Positions 45,965 through 56,008 of a stretch of DNA of 64,000 nucleotides are shown one piece after another. This DNA comes from Candidatus Geocrenenecus huangii. Its GTDB lineage: Archaea > Thermoproteota > Nitrososphaeria_A > Caldarchaeales > Wolframiiraptoraceae. The notes below the pieces were generated by a model that was given only the letters and a program-made list of their open reading frames with translations, ran no database searches and had not been told where the DNA came from. The stretch's first letter is position 1, and each line of letters opens with the position of its first letter. The translations under genes and the position numbers were made by a program. The stretch lies in assembly GCA_023254095.1 (NCBI GenBank), contig JALNLM010000002.1, forward strand, positions 19,538 through 83,537, written 5' to 3'.

Positions 45965-47357
45965 CCTCTGCCAGGAACATAGTCTTCTTAGCTAGCGGTA
46001 TCTCTGCTCCGGCGGCTACGTTATGCCCTCCTCCTACGCCTCCAACTCTCTCAGCTGCTTTCTTCATCACTATGCCTAGATTTAATCCCCTCTTTACTAA
46101 CTTCATCGAAGCTCTCGCAGAAGCTTTAACTCTATCTCCCTTTGTAGCTAACATTATTAGAGGCTTATCTTCTGGAAGTAGGTCTGAAGATGAGAGTATT
46201 GATGAAGCTGAGCTAACCATTCTCTCTTCTATCATTGTTCCACCATCTATCGCAATTATATATTTAAGTTCTTGCCAGTTCTCTCTTCTAATTAAATATT
46301 CTAAGACTTCTGAGAGTCTTCTCTTATATTCTTCGAGTATCTTCTGCGCTTGTAGTAGTATCTCTCCCCTTGAACCCATAGCTATTGCTATGCCTACCCA
46401 CTCATTCTCTGTTTTACCGCAAGCATTAAGTAAAGATGCATATTCTCTGGCATCCTTCAACGGGGTCCATTCTTCTTCTCTAGTAAGCTCATACACTTTT
46501 CCAACTAATTCATTTACGATGCTAGGAGGGAAATTAAGGGAAGATAGATACTTCATTAAACCATTATAGATCGTTTTCTTCTCATCTTCGCTTAGTTCTG
46601 CGAAAACTCTCCATCTATCATCTTCCTTAAGTCTTATCTGAATAGAATTGAGGAAGCTTACTGCATGAGCTTCACTTCCAGAGATTCCTGGAATATATGG
46701 GCTTGTTGTTGAAGCTAATGCTAAATGTATGGGACGGTAGCTCCTACCATAGAATAAGAGGTCGTCTGAAACTTTTAGTAGACCTGACCTCACAGCATCT
46801 TCGACTATTAGCTTATTTAATCCATCTAGCTCTCTTTTCCCAGAAGACTTATCCTGCAGATCTCCAAGCGCCCCAACTATTGCTACAGGCGAGAGCGAGA
46901 TGTTTTCCTCTGATAGAGACTTAGCTACGAGGTATGCTATTCCTGAGCTACTTATCTCTTTTGCACCGTCGATACCGCATAAATGTGGGTTAACGTGTAC
47001 CCAATGCTTTTCTGATTCTCCGTCAGGTTGGTGATGGTCTAGTATAACGAATTTTCTATCAGCGAATTTTTCTCTTAGTATTCTTATGTATCCGCTTCCA
47101 ATATCGGTTAAGAGTATCACTATATCTTTCTGGAGATTGGGAATACTCTCTATGACCTCATCGATGTTTTTTACCGATCTAGTGATAAATCTTGCATTCA
47201 TTCTCAATAACATTACCGAAGATATGGACCCAGAAGATAATCCATCAGCATCTATATGACAGAATACCATAAAGCTGTTTCCATTCTCAACAAGTTCTCT
47301 AATCTTTTCAGAAGCATTACCTACCATTGCTAGAAAATCTCTATGACTCATGGTCAA
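45930..47357 (-). CDS. DHH-family phosphoesterase, RecJ/Cdc45-like (archaeal GAN/RecJ homolog)
   Basis: 475 aa. FCHIDADGLSSGSI is DHH motif I, ILLTDIGSG motif II, and VILDHHQP motif III (DHH). DHHA1-like C-terminal glycine-rich motifs (GGGHNVAAGA) are present. Confidence 0.75.
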   Translation of the reverse strand: MTMSHRDFLAMVGNASEKIRELVENGNSFMVFCHIDADGLSSGSISSVMLLRMNARFITRSVKNIDEVIESIPNLQKDIVILLTDIGSGYIRILREKFADRKFVILDHHQPDGESEKHWVHVNPHLCGIDGAKEISSSGIAYLVAKSLSEENISLSPVAIVGALGDLQDKSSGKRELDGLNKLIVEDAVRSGLLKVSDDLLFYGRSYRPIHLALASTTSPYIPGISGSEAHAVSFLNSIQIRLKEDDRWRVFAELSEDEKKTIYNGLMKYLSSLNFPPSIVNELVGKVYELTREEEWTPLKDAREYASLLNACGKTENEWVGIAIAMGSRGEILLQAQKILEEYKRRLSEVLEYLIRRENWQELKYIIAIDGGTMIEERMVSSASSILSSSDLLPEDKPLIMLATKGDRVKASARASMKLVKRGLNLGIVMKKAAERVGGVGGGHNVAAGAEIPLAKKTMFLAEVDSIVGEVLAS

Positions 47358-47410
47358 GGCTCCTCGTGCTATCCAGCTACATATTATATGGAGACTTACC
47401 CTTAATTAAT

Positions 47411-47857
47411 CTACTTGTATGTATATAGTAGTTTAGGCTCCCAATCTTCTGGCAGCTCTCCTATACGCTTATAGTATTTAACCAATCTGTGGATTTTCGC
47501 TTCAACAAGCTGTAGTCTATGTCTATTGTATTTGTCGGATCTATTCTTCTCGATGTGATTCCTCATCCTCCTAGCTCTCTCAATTAAATTCATCAAGTCA
47601 TCTGGTATGCTGGGTTTGACTCCATTCTCTTCAAGTATTTGCTTTACGGTCTTCCCAGTAACCTGCTTAACTAGAGGGACGCCGTGACGGTCTCTGAGTA
47701 TAACACCTATCAAGCTTGGGGAATAACCCTCCTTAGCATATTTTACCACGAGGGCCTCAACTTCTTCTGGAGTAACTTTTAACCATGAAGGAGGTAGCCT
47801 ACTAATAGGTCTCTTGGAACCCGACTTCCCTCTTCTCCTAGCATGCATCCTAGCCAT
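47411..47857 (-). CDS. rps15: 30S ribosomal protein S15 (uS15, archaeal S13e type)
   Basis: 148 aa. The N-terminus [17 protein letters not shown] and the C-terminal helical S15 domain with conserved [18 protein letters not shown] are present. Confidence 0.9.
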   Translation of the reverse strand: MARMHARRRGKSGSKRPISRLPPSWLKVTPEEVEALVVKYAKEGYSPSLIGVILRDRHGVPLVKQVTGKTVKQILEENGVKPSIPDDLMNLIERARRMRNHIEKNRSDKYNRHRLQLVEAKIHRLVKYYKRIGELPEDWEPKLLYTYK

Positions 47858-48094
47858 ACTAGATGAACCGAGAGATAATTCTAGGAACTAATATTTAACT
47901 TAAAAGTATCTCAGGATAATAAGCCGTACAGGATATGGGCTCAGATTCCCAAAATAGGATGATAAATAATTAATGTGTAGGATTAAGATTAAGAGAAGAT
48001 AAATGTTTTAACAGATGGAAAACTATCCATGTAAGCAATAGAACGAATATGCTTATTCCAACTTTCATGTCAAGGAAAAGGAATTTTAAGTATG

Positions 48095-48216
48095 TAGCCC
48101 GGGCCGGATTCGAACCGGCGTCCCCGGGGGTCCCCTCATATAGATTTGATCCAGAGCCCGGGATCCCTGGCCCATACTCATCCGACCAGCATGTTTGGCC
48201 GCTAGACGACCGGGCT
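48095..48216 (-). tRNA. tRNA-Gln (anticodon CUG) with two introns: about 28 nt in the D-loop and about 21 nt at/next to anticodon-loop position 37/38
   Basis: Minus-strand read: acceptor AGCCCGG/CCGGGCU with discriminator A; D-stem GUCU...GGAU; anticodon stem CCGGG/CCCGG with loop CUCUGGA; T-arm GCCGG-UUCGAAU-CCGGC. The gene is 122 nt against about 73 nt mature. The extra sequence sits as one block in the D-loop and one after the anticodon loop. Confidence 0.7.
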
Positions 48217-48467
48217 TTCGATAATATAGATTGAATAGCGGTTCTTAAATCTATCCTTCAGTCCGACCTACTAATCATCCTGATGGACGTTCCTCATCTA
48301 AACTTATCTATAGGGGATTTTCGATATTATATGATCTTGTTTCATGTTCTGATTTTTTCCAGGCCTTGCTAAGGATATTTTATTCAACTTCTGGTATGTC
48401 TCTTCTACCTTTATGGAAAACTTTTTATGAATGGTCTACTTAACATATTTACAAGGAGGGGTTATCG

Positions 48468-48611
48468 ATGAAATTAATCTCTGTCAAGATGCCTGAAGCT
48501 TTGATTGAAGGTATGGATGAGCTCGTAAAGAGAGGCGTTTACCCAAGTAGGAGTGCGTTGATGAGAACTGCTGTTAGAGACTTATTAAAGAAAGAATTAT
48601 GGAAACAGTAA
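48468..48611 (+). CDS. Ribbon-helix-helix (CopG/Arc/MetJ-type) DNA-binding protein, 47 aa (not in the supplied ORF track)
   Basis: MKLISVKMPEALIEGMDELVKRGVYPSRSALMRTAVRDLLKKELWKQ fits the RHH beta-strand/helix/helix pattern (compare ...ISVxLPxELLEELDELAKRGGYxNRSExIREAIR...). A strong SD-like AGGAGGGG lies 6-13 nt upstream of the ATG. Confidence 0.55.
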   Translation: MKLISVKMPEALIEGMDELVKRGVYPSRSALMRTAVRDLLKKELWKQ

Positions 48612-48618
48612 TTTTGAG

Positions 48619-49332
48619 CTATGTTCTCCCTCTTCTAGATTCTAGGAAAGGCATATTGTTAACGGTGACTATTCTACCGTAGAAATACTTCATGTCTGAG
48701 ACGTAAGGCGTATACGATATCTCTTCTTTACTATTTGAAGCAAGATATTTTATGAATGGGGTTGATGGAGGTTCTAAGCTTTCAAAGTAAAAGAAGACTG
48801 GTAAAGCATTTGCCTCATAGTAATCGAAGAACGGTACTATCAATCCAAGTATGTGTCGTTTCTTGTCTTTCATAAAATGCCATAGGGGTGGAGATACAGA
48901 AGCATCACTCATCATTACCAGAACTCTCATAAGGGAATTGAGATCTTTTGTTTTTATCGTTAATGGCTTCTGAGTTAACTGTTTCCTTCTACCTAACGCT
49001 TTACTTATCAATTCCGGTTCATCTTCTGTCTCGATTATAGGTCCATAAGCATATTTTGTATCATCGGAACTATTAGTAAAGAATACCTCCTCCTTCCCTA
49101 TATTAGTGTATGCCACGTAGCCTTTTGGTTCTTCTTCAATATATGTGTAGGCGAAGATCGGTAGATTTCCTCTCCAGTATGGTATCGAGGATAAGTGGCC
49201 GATTATCCATTTCCCGTTTCTATTGAATGTCCAGTATAGAGGTTGAATATCTGTTCTAGACATGGCAAGTCTTGCCAGATTTAATAAGTCTGCAACCTGT
49301 ATAGCGATTGGAGGTTTACGGAGTCTTTCCAC
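48619..49332 (-). CDS. Hypothetical protein, no recognisable family
   Basis: 237 aa, Trp/Tyr/Phe-rich and soluble. It is convergent with the RHH gene and co-directional with aIF2 beta 89 nt downstream. Confidence 0.4.
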   Translation of the reverse strand: MERLRKPPIAIQVADLLNLARLAMSRTDIQPLYWTFNRNGKWIIGHLSSIPYWRGNLPIFAYTYIEEEPKGYVAYTNIGKEEVFFTNSSDDTKYAYGPIIETEDEPELISKALGRRKQLTQKPLTIKTKDLNSLMRVLVMMSDASVSPPLWHFMKDKKRHILGLIVPFFDYYEANALPVFFYFESLEPPSTPFIKYLASNSKEEISYTPYVSDMKYFYGRIVTVNNMPFLESRRGRT

Positions 49333-49421
49333 GTCTGACTCTAATCTGTATATTCACCTACTTAAATATTAGTTTTCGATTATTACAATTCTGAAAAGTC
49401 GGAACTTTAAGCTTCTCTCTA

Positions 49422-49865
49422 TTATATTTTTCTAATTGCACTCTTAGCGCCACATACCTCGCATAGCAGAAACCTGAATCTTTTTTCGGCTACTATTCTT
49501 GTATCTAGTCCTCCGCAAACTGGGCATTTAACAAATTCTTTAACGTATAATTCTAAAAGTTTTCTTAATTCTTCATTCGTAACTCTTCCTTGTATTAAGA
49601 GCCTCTCTCCTTGAATAGTTCCTGCTTTTGCAGATTCTTTCAAGATAAATCTTGCCAGATGTTCAGGTTCTCTATTCAACGTATTCGCTATATTAGTAAA
49701 GTTTGATATTACCGTCCTCTTAGATTCATGTATGATTACTGGATTAACTACTAAGACTCTATCCCCGATTTTTCCAAGAGTTTGAGGAAGATCGGCCATA
49801 ACTTTCTCTAAGAAAAACTGGTAACCTTCTCTCGTCTTAGCGAATTCAATAATATTTTTATCCAA
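49422..49865 (-). CDS. eif2b: Translation initiation factor 2 subunit beta (aIF2-beta)
   Basis: 147 aa. The core domain and C-terminal zinc ribbon CPVCGGLDT...LCEVCGA are typical of a/eIF2 beta. Confidence 0.85.
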   Translation of the reverse strand: MDKNIIEFAKTREGYQFFLEKVMADLPQTLGKIGDRVLVVNPVIIHESKRTVISNFTNIANTLNREPEHLARFILKESAKAGTIQGERLLIQGRVTNEELRKLLELYVKEFVKCPVCGGLDTRIVAEKRFRFLLCEVCGAKSAIRKI

Positions 49866-49998
49866 TTCCGGTAATCCACCTGGATATACAGGCTCAACCT
49901 AGGAATTAAACTTTAGCTTACGGGCCGACCCACTCAAGGTTAAAAAAAGAATAACGTTAATGAATGACCTTACACATTCTCCACGTTAGTGATTCATC

Positions 49999-51321
49999 GT
50001 GGGATTAAAAGACTACTGGATAAAAGATCAGAGTCTAGACAGTATCGGTGATAAGAAGATCCGCTGGGCGGAACGTGAAATGCCTGTATTGAGAATGATT
50101 AGAGAAAGATTCTCAAAAGAAAAACCTTTAAAGAATATCAGGATCGGTGCATGTCTTCACATAACGAAGGAGACAGCTGTACTCGTCAAAACTCTACGGG
50201 ACGGAGGGGCTGAAGTCTATCTATGCGCATCAAACCCTCTAAGCACCCAAGACGATGTGGCCGCAGCCCTAGTCAATGAAGGTTTCCACGTCTACGGGTG
50301 GAGAGGTATGAATCAAAAAGAATACTACGAATGTATTGGGCACGTCTTGTATAGTAGGCCAAACGTAACGATCGATGATGGAGCCGACTTAGTTACTTCT
50401 ATACACAAAATACGCTATGGAATTATTTCAAGCGAGATACAGCACGCGATCAGTATTCTCGGTAGCGTAACAGGAGAAGAAATCGTCAAGAATATCATGG
50501 GCGGCTGCGAGGAGACCACAACTGGAGTGTATCGTCTAAGGTCTCTTTCAAGTCAGGGTAAACTTCTGTATCCGATCATAGCCGTAAACGATGCAGCTTC
50601 TAAAAGCTTATTCGATAATCCAGTTGGAACTGGTCAATCAGCTTTAGATGGGATAATTAGAGCTACGGGCACCCTCATTGCAGGCAAAGACATAGTAGTT
50701 GCAGGCTATGGTAGAGTAGGTTCGGGGATAGCTGTTAAAGCTAGAGGATTAGGTGCAAGAGTAACGATTGTCGAGGTAGATCCTATAAATGCTCTACGTG
50801 CAGCAATGGAGGGATTTAGAGTTGAATCTATGTCTACGGCTGCGAAACATGGAGACATCTTCATAACAGCCACAGGGAACATAAACGTGATAAGGAGGGA
50901 GCATTTCCAAGTAATGAAGGATGATGCAATATTGGCAAATGCAGGACACTTCGATGTAGAGATATGTAAGAAAGATCTAGAAGAACAGAGTGTACGAGTT
51001 GAGACGGTTACCGACTGCATAACCACATACTTGATGAAAGATGGTAGAAGGCTGCATCTCCTCGGAGAGGGGAGGCTGGTGAACCTTGCATGCGCAGAAG
51101 GGCATCCGAGTGCTGTAATGGACATGTCGTTTAGTCTTCAAGCACTCTCATCAGAATACATCGTCAAGAATCGTGGAGTTCTCCCGGTAGAAGTTATCAC
51201 TGTGCCTAGAGAGATTGATCTTACAGTTGCAAAATTAAAATTAGCGTCGATGGGGCTTGAGCTAGAAGAATTGACTGATGAGCAGAAGAAGTATCTAGAG
51301 TCTTGGCATCTTGGAACTTAG
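49999..51321 (+). CDS. ahcY: Adenosylhomocysteinase (SAHH)
   Basis: 440 aa. The GTG start fits the conserved N-terminus ...DYWIKDQSLDSIGDKKIRWAEREMPVL. GYGRVGSGIAVKARGLGARVTIVEVDPI is the NAD-binding motif; HFDVEI and other SAHH blocks are present. Confidence 0.9.
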   Translation: MGLKDYWIKDQSLDSIGDKKIRWAEREMPVLRMIRERFSKEKPLKNIRIGACLHITKETAVLVKTLRDGGAEVYLCASNPLSTQDDVAAALVNEGFHVYGWRGMNQKEYYECIGHVLYSRPNVTIDDGADLVTSIHKIRYGIISSEIQHAISILGSVTGEEIVKNIMGGCEETTTGVYRLRSLSSQGKLLYPIIAVNDAASKSLFDNPVGTGQSALDGIIRATGTLIAGKDIVVAGYGRVGSGIAVKARGLGARVTIVEVDPINALRAAMEGFRVESMSTAAKHGDIFITATGNINVIRREHFQVMKDDAILANAGHFDVEICKKDLEEQSVRVETVTDCITTYLMKDGRRLHLLGEGRLVNLACAEGHPSAVMDMSFSLQALSSEYIVKNRGVLPVEVITVPREIDLTVAKLKLASMGLELEELTDEQKKYLESWHLGT

Positions 51322-51325
51322 TCAG

Positions 51326-51763
51326 CTATTTCCGGACCCCTGCTTCTCTAATCTTCTCAGATAATACTTCTATTATGCTTTTTAGTTCTTCCGCTCTATT
51401 AAGGTATTGTTGAAGTCTCTGCTCGAAGTTTTGAATTGCTTGTAGAAGATTTTCTCTCCTCTTCTCAATAATCTCTCTTCCCTCGGCTGGAGTTTTAGTA
51501 ATTACTATGCCAGCTCCGACGCTTACCTCAATCTTATCTTTATCAACTATTTCTGCGTGGACGTAATTTCCTCCACCTATAGGTAGCAGAACCTTCATAC
51601 CCGATTCGGTTTTTATCAGTTCCTCAACGAAGTTCAATGCACCTTCATGCTCTGCCGCGATAGCCTGGAGGGTGGTGATCCTAGCCCTCACATCATTTAT
51701 CAACTGATCTAAGAGCTGGAGCTCTCCGATAGCTCTATTTAATTGTTCTTCTAAACTAGACAA
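51326..51763 (-). CDS. pfdA: Prefoldin subunit alpha
   Basis: 145 aa. Two long coiled-coil segments flank the central double beta-hairpin (LLPIGGGNYVHAEIVDKDKIEVSVGAGIVITK), the architecture specific to prefoldin alpha. Confidence 0.7.
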   Translation of the reverse strand: MSSLEEQLNRAIGELQLLDQLINDVRARITTLQAIAAEHEGALNFVEELIKTESGMKVLLPIGGGNYVHAEIVDKDKIEVSVGAGIVITKTPAEGREIIEKRRENLLQAIQNFEQRLQQYLNRAEELKSIIEVLSEKIREAGVRK

Positions 51764-51984
51764 TGACTCTACACCTTTGATTTCTAATTGTTGAAGGCTA
51801 TATATGTTTATTTTCCTTCAAGGGGAAAAAGCCTAACCAGTAACGTTCCCACTTCTACACAATGGTCCTGCGCACAATGCTAGAAGTGTTTAAATCTAGT
51901 TAAAGATTGCTGGGTTTAAATACAATGGTCGCCAGATGCAAGATGTTTTATTAGGGGGATTATCTACCCTCGATTTGAGGTAAG

Positions 51985-52374
51985 GTGTATAAAGATGAAT
52001 GCAGGATTCAGTGGAGGTGGCTGAGCATGGAGATAAGAGAAGCCCAGAAGATCGTATTGAGATTCGAGGAAGCTAGAAGATGGAATCTTTTCAAGGAATC
52101 CCAGATATTCACACATTTAATCGAGGAGATTTCTGAAATAGGGAGGCACATACTTGTTAGAGAGGGATACAAAGCTCGTGAGCTGGGACATCAGGTCCCC
52201 GATGAAGATGTTTCAAGAGAATTTGCTCAAGCATTTACTCTCTTTCTCCAGCTAGCAAATAGGATGAACGTAGACCTTGAAGACGCCTTTGTTAGAGAGA
52301 TGGAGATAATGGAGAAGAGATTCAGCCGAGAAGATTGGAGAAAATACATGGACTCCTCATACCCTAAGGCTTAA
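51985..52374 (+). CDS. MazG-like nucleotide pyrophosphohydrolase domain protein
   Basis: About 110-129 aa; the likely start is MEIREAQK at about 52024. EExxE-type helical NTP-PPase motifs are present (THLIEEISEIGRHIL...; ...LANRMNVDLEDAFVREMEIMEKR). Confidence 0.5.
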   Translation: MYKDECRIQWRWLSMEIREAQKIVLRFEEARRWNLFKESQIFTHLIEEISEIGRHILVREGYKARELGHQVPDEDVSREFAQAFTLFLQLANRMNVDLEDAFVREMEIMEKRFSREDWRKYMDSSYPKA

Positions 52375-53380
52375 GCATAATTCTTCCGAAATGCTTTCTC
52401 TCTCTAATCATCCTATGAGCTTCTTCAACCTCTTCTAATGGGAAGACTTTTGTAACCGGATTAACTTTCCCAGTTCTATGAAGTTCTAATGCTTCAGCCA
52501 GTTCTTTACGAGTACAAGAAAGCGATCCATGCAGGCTTACTTCTTTTAAGATGAAGTGACCTAGGGCTAGCGGGATAGGCTCCGGCTTAATGTTTCCTAC
52601 CTGAATTATTCTCCCACCCCATCTAACAGACCTCAAGCTCTCAATTATTGTTAACCCAACGCACTCCAAAACCATATCTACCCCCATTCCACCAGTAATC
52701 TTCTTCACTTCTTCTGAGTATGCTCCATCCCTTGAAACAATTACGTGGTCTGCTCCTATTTTGTATAAATTATCAACAAACTCTACTCTACCCGTAACCG
52801 CTACTACTTCTGCTCCATAGCTCTTAGCGACTTGGATAGCGTGTACTCCTACACCTCCAGTTGCACCCGTTATCAATACTTTTTCATCCTCCTTTAGTCC
52901 ACCCCTACTCTCTAGAGCATGTATCAGCATAGCTGTTACACATGCAGATATGGCTACGGCCTCTGATGATACGTCTTCGGGGGCTTTCACCAGGCTTCGA
53001 AAGTTAGTTTTGAGATACTCTGCATAAGAACCGTGGATATCTTCTCCGAACCATAACCTTCTTCTACAGATGTTTTCTTCCCCTCTTCTACATTCGGGGC
53101 ATTGACCACACGGTATATAGGTCAAGCTTGCGACTCTATCACCTTTCTTAAATTCACTTACCTCTTCTCCGACATCTACGACTCTTCCACATACTTCGTG
53201 GCCCAGTATTATCGGCAATCTCGTCTTCGGAAAGTATCCATCAACTGTCAGTATATCTCTATAGCAAACCCCGGTCATCTCCATCTTTAATAGAACTTCA
53301 CCTTTTCCTAAGGCTTCTATATCCTCTACCTCTTCTAATCTTAAGGGAGTCTTGAACCCTCTCAGTACGACTGCTTTCAC
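52364..53380 (-). CDS. Zinc-dependent alcohol dehydrogenase (medium-chain dehydrogenase/reductase family)
   Basis: 338 aa. GHEVCGRVVDVGEEV is the catalytic Zn site, CGQCPECRRGEENIC the structural Zn Cys4 site, and VLITGATGGVGVHAIQVAK the Rossmann motif. Confidence 0.85.
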   Translation of the reverse strand: MKAVVLRGFKTPLRLEEVEDIEALGKGEVLLKMEMTGVCYRDILTVDGYFPKTRLPIILGHEVCGRVVDVGEEVSEFKKGDRVASLTYIPCGQCPECRRGEENICRRRLWFGEDIHGSYAEYLKTNFRSLVKAPEDVSSEAVAISACVTAMLIHALESRGGLKEDEKVLITGATGGVGVHAIQVAKSYGAEVVAVTGRVEFVDNLYKIGADHVIVSRDGAYSEEVKKITGGMGVDMVLECVGLTIIESLRSVRWGGRIIQVGNIKPEPIPLALGHFILKEVSLHGSLSCTRKELAEALELHRTGKVNPVTKVFPLEEVEEAHRMIRERKHFGRIMLKP

Positions 53381-53395
53381 ATTCTCACTCCATCC

Positions 53396-54082
53396 TTAAA
53401 GTAGGGTTTGGGCTGCTGCTAAAGCACCATACTTTGCTTCTCTGTAATCATCTGCGCCTGTTATTATTATCGTATCACCTTCTTTAGGTTTAATATTTTT
53501 GATGACTTCTGCTGCAAATTCCGGCTTCTCTCTGGAGAGTATGCTAACACCCGGCATATGGAGCTCATCGCCTAAGTATGTCATTACTAAAGCTGCTTGG
53601 GCGCCTGCTCTAATTGCTGCATCTCTTTGTTCGAGACCCCTCTTTAGTAAGTGTGAGCGTCCCCTGAGTACTACAGCATAGTTATACTTGTGATCCCATG
53701 GCATTCTTATATTAACTAGACCTATATCCACAAGCTTACCACTCACTTCATTGTATATCTTTATTCCTTTACTCGTTAAGACACATCCTTCACTAGTTAC
53801 ATCTACTATTCCAGCCTTAACTAGTCTTTTAAGCATGCTTCTAATCGCTCCCTCGCCAATCTTGAGACTCGAGCTTAATTTCTTCCTGCCTACTGGTGCT
53901 TCTCTACCCAAGTATAAGAGTAGCTCGAGAAGGTGTATAGGAGTAAATGAAGGTGTAGGTCCAGGCTGCTCCTCGACAAGCTTTTCCAACAAATGCTTAA
54001 CATTAATTGTTCTCAACATACCCGATCTATCTTCTTCAGCTTTATATTTTTTTCCCGCAATCATTAGACTCAACCTATTCAT
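53396..54082 (-). CDS. Hypothetical protein with N-terminal winged-helix-like segment
   Basis: 228 aa. IRSMLKRLVKAGIVDV resembles a wHTH recognition region; the C-terminal half is unassigned. It is co-directional with ftsY and 78 nt downstream of it. Confidence 0.4.
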   Translation of the reverse strand: MNRLSLMIAGKKYKAEEDRSGMLRTINVKHLLEKLVEEQPGPTPSFTPIHLLELLLYLGREAPVGRKKLSSSLKIGEGAIRSMLKRLVKAGIVDVTSEGCVLTSKGIKIYNEVSGKLVDIGLVNIRMPWDHKYNYAVVLRGRSHLLKRGLEQRDAAIRAGAQAALVMTYLGDELHMPGVSILSREKPEFAAEVIKNIKPKEGDTIIITGADDYREAKYGALAAAQTLL

Positions 54083-54159
54083 TTCATGTTATCTCTTCTC
54101 CTCGATTTTTATCTTGCATATTATCCTTCTTGCTGACTTGAGTAGAAGACGAGCTCTCA

Positions 54160-55071
54160 TTAATGAGGAAAAAGTAAGTGTTGTATGAATTTTTTGTTGA
54201 ATGGCCTGATATCTTCTAGTCTTTGACCAATGCCAACGAATAGTAATGGTTTTCCAGTAACATAGCTTATGGAGAGGGCCGCTCCTCCTTTTGCATCCGC
54301 GTCAAGTTTAGCGAGTACTACGAAGTCTATCCCGACATATTGATTGAATTTCTTAGCCTGCTCTATTGCGACATTACCCATCAATGCATCGCCGACATAT
54401 ATGACGAGGTCAGGCTTGGTAACCCTCTTAATCTTCTTCATTTCTTCGAGTAGGTTTATATCCACCTCCGTCCTCCCAGCCGTATCTATCAAAACTAGAG
54501 GTACCTTATCTGAGCGAGCACTCATTACGGCATCCAAAGCTACTGCAGCCGGGTCTGCTCCATACTTCTGACTGATAACCTTAGCCCTTATAGTTTCTCC
54601 CAGCTTCTTAATCTGCTCTATCGCTCCAGCTCTAAAGGTATCTGAAGCAGCTATAACGGAACTGTAGCCTCTGTCTTTAAAATATTTTGCAATCTTTGCT
54701 ACTGTAGTCGTCTTTCCTCCTCCATTTGGACCAACAAATAGTATAACTAGCGGCTCGCCCCGGCTCTTTTTCTCTTCTATCATCGCTATAATCTTTTCAA
54801 CAAATCCTTCGGGAGGTAGAACTTCGTCAATCATCTTGTAGACGATTTCTCTAACCTGGTCATATGGGTCGGTAAACCTCTTAAACCTCAACTGAGATAA
54901 CTCTACTCTAAGTTTTTCAGATAGCTTTTCTACTACTTCGACTGCTACGTCGCACGAAATTAGCTCTAGTCTAAATTCATCAACGTATTTCTCAATATCT
55001 TTCTCAGATAAGCTGGTTGTCTTCGCTCTTTCAACGATTTGTGTAAAAGCCTTTTTTAAACTCTCAAACAT
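54160..55071 (-). CDS. ftsY: Signal recognition particle receptor FtsY (SR-alpha homolog)
   Basis: 303 aa. The N-domain is followed by a G-domain with LFVGPNGGGKTTTVAKIA (G1), DTAGR (G3) and the remaining SRP-GTPase motifs. Confidence 0.9.
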   Translation of the reverse strand: MFESLKKAFTQIVERAKTTSLSEKDIEKYVDEFRLELISCDVAVEVVEKLSEKLRVELSQLRFKRFTDPYDQVREIVYKMIDEVLPPEGFVEKIIAMIEEKKSRGEPLVILFVGPNGGGKTTTVAKIAKYFKDRGYSSVIAASDTFRAGAIEQIKKLGETIRAKVISQKYGADPAAVALDAVMSARSDKVPLVLIDTAGRTEVDINLLEEMKKIKRVTKPDLVIYVGDALMGNVAIEQAKKFNQYVGIDFVVLAKLDADAKGGAALSISYVTGKPLLFVGIGQRLEDIRPFNKKFIQHLLFPH

Positions 55072-55219
55072 CTATATTATCATGGAAACCTTACACTATA
55101 ACTTTTAACTTTAATCCGAGGTCCTTACTTTGACTTTCACCGCATAAATCTGCAATCAGACAGATACGATTGTTAAATGTCTTCCCGTTAGATAACTATC
55201 CCTAGGAATCTATGTTTTG

Positions 55220-55915
55220 TCATATCTTCTTCGCTTCGTTTTCTAAAGACTCAACCATGGTCTTAGCTACCAAGAGGAGGTCTCTAGCATTTAAGTAGAA
55301 TTTTACAGAACTGTTAAAAGATATATTTGCAGCTGGTTGGGAAAACTCTTCTCTAATTTTCCATAGTTGCGTCAATAGCTGAACCTTAGGTAGGAAATAG
55401 AAAGAGTAGCTTATTCCACCAAGTTTTTCTTTCTTTCCCCCCATCCTCCTACATACTAACTCGTATTTTTCGGGGTTACTACCGAAGGTTTTTATAAATG
55501 GTCTCGTAACATTTCTCCTAAATAATTCTAGATATTTTCTCGAATCCGGGAGATTCTCATAGGGTATCCAAGTTTCAGAACCTCTACCCCCACTCGAATA
55601 AGCTAGATATCTTAAAATAACTAGTGCTAATTCTTTAGAAGCAGGTTTACCGGAAATTAGATCCATGACTTCTCTAGTCTCCAATTCCACAGAATAAGTT
55701 TTGTTCAAAACATTTACAACATATCTTTTGTAGCTTTTCTTACCGGACCCTCTAAGAAATACTACTCCGCATTTTTTGCTTAATTCTTCACCTTCACATT
55801 TAGATAAATCATTGAAAGCAGTTGAAATTTCCTCGTCGATCGATTTATTGTAGATTTTCTTCATATCCAAGTCAATGACACCTGCCGCTGAACGATCTAG
55901 AGTATTAAGTGTCAA
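55220..55915 (-). CDS. Conserved hypothetical protein (family not confidently recognised)
   Basis: 231 aa, soluble. Clean ORF with consistent codon usage. Confidence 0.4.
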   Translation of the reverse strand: MTLNTLDRSAAGVIDLDMKKIYNKSIDEEISTAFNDLSKCEGEELSKKCGVVFLRGSGKKSYKRYVVNVLNKTYSVELETREVMDLISGKPASKELALVILRYLAYSSGGRGSETWIPYENLPDSRKYLELFRRNVTRPFIKTFGSNPEKYELVCRRMGGKKEKLGGISYSFYFLPKVQLLTQLWKIREEFSQPAANISFNSSVKFYLNARDLLLVAKTMVESLENEAKKI

Positions 55916-56008
55916 TTATGGTTTTTAACTCTTTCTTATATTGACTTTTAAGCTTGCATTAAAAGAATTTAGGATTATTAATTACGTAATGGAAAGTTAC
56001 TGTCAGGT

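Noticed and set aside
45955-46569. 204-aa plus-strand ORF antisense to the DHH/RecJ-like gene
   Set aside because: It is entirely nested in the 475-aa DHH gene, which has clear DHH motifs. The antisense product is low-complexity.
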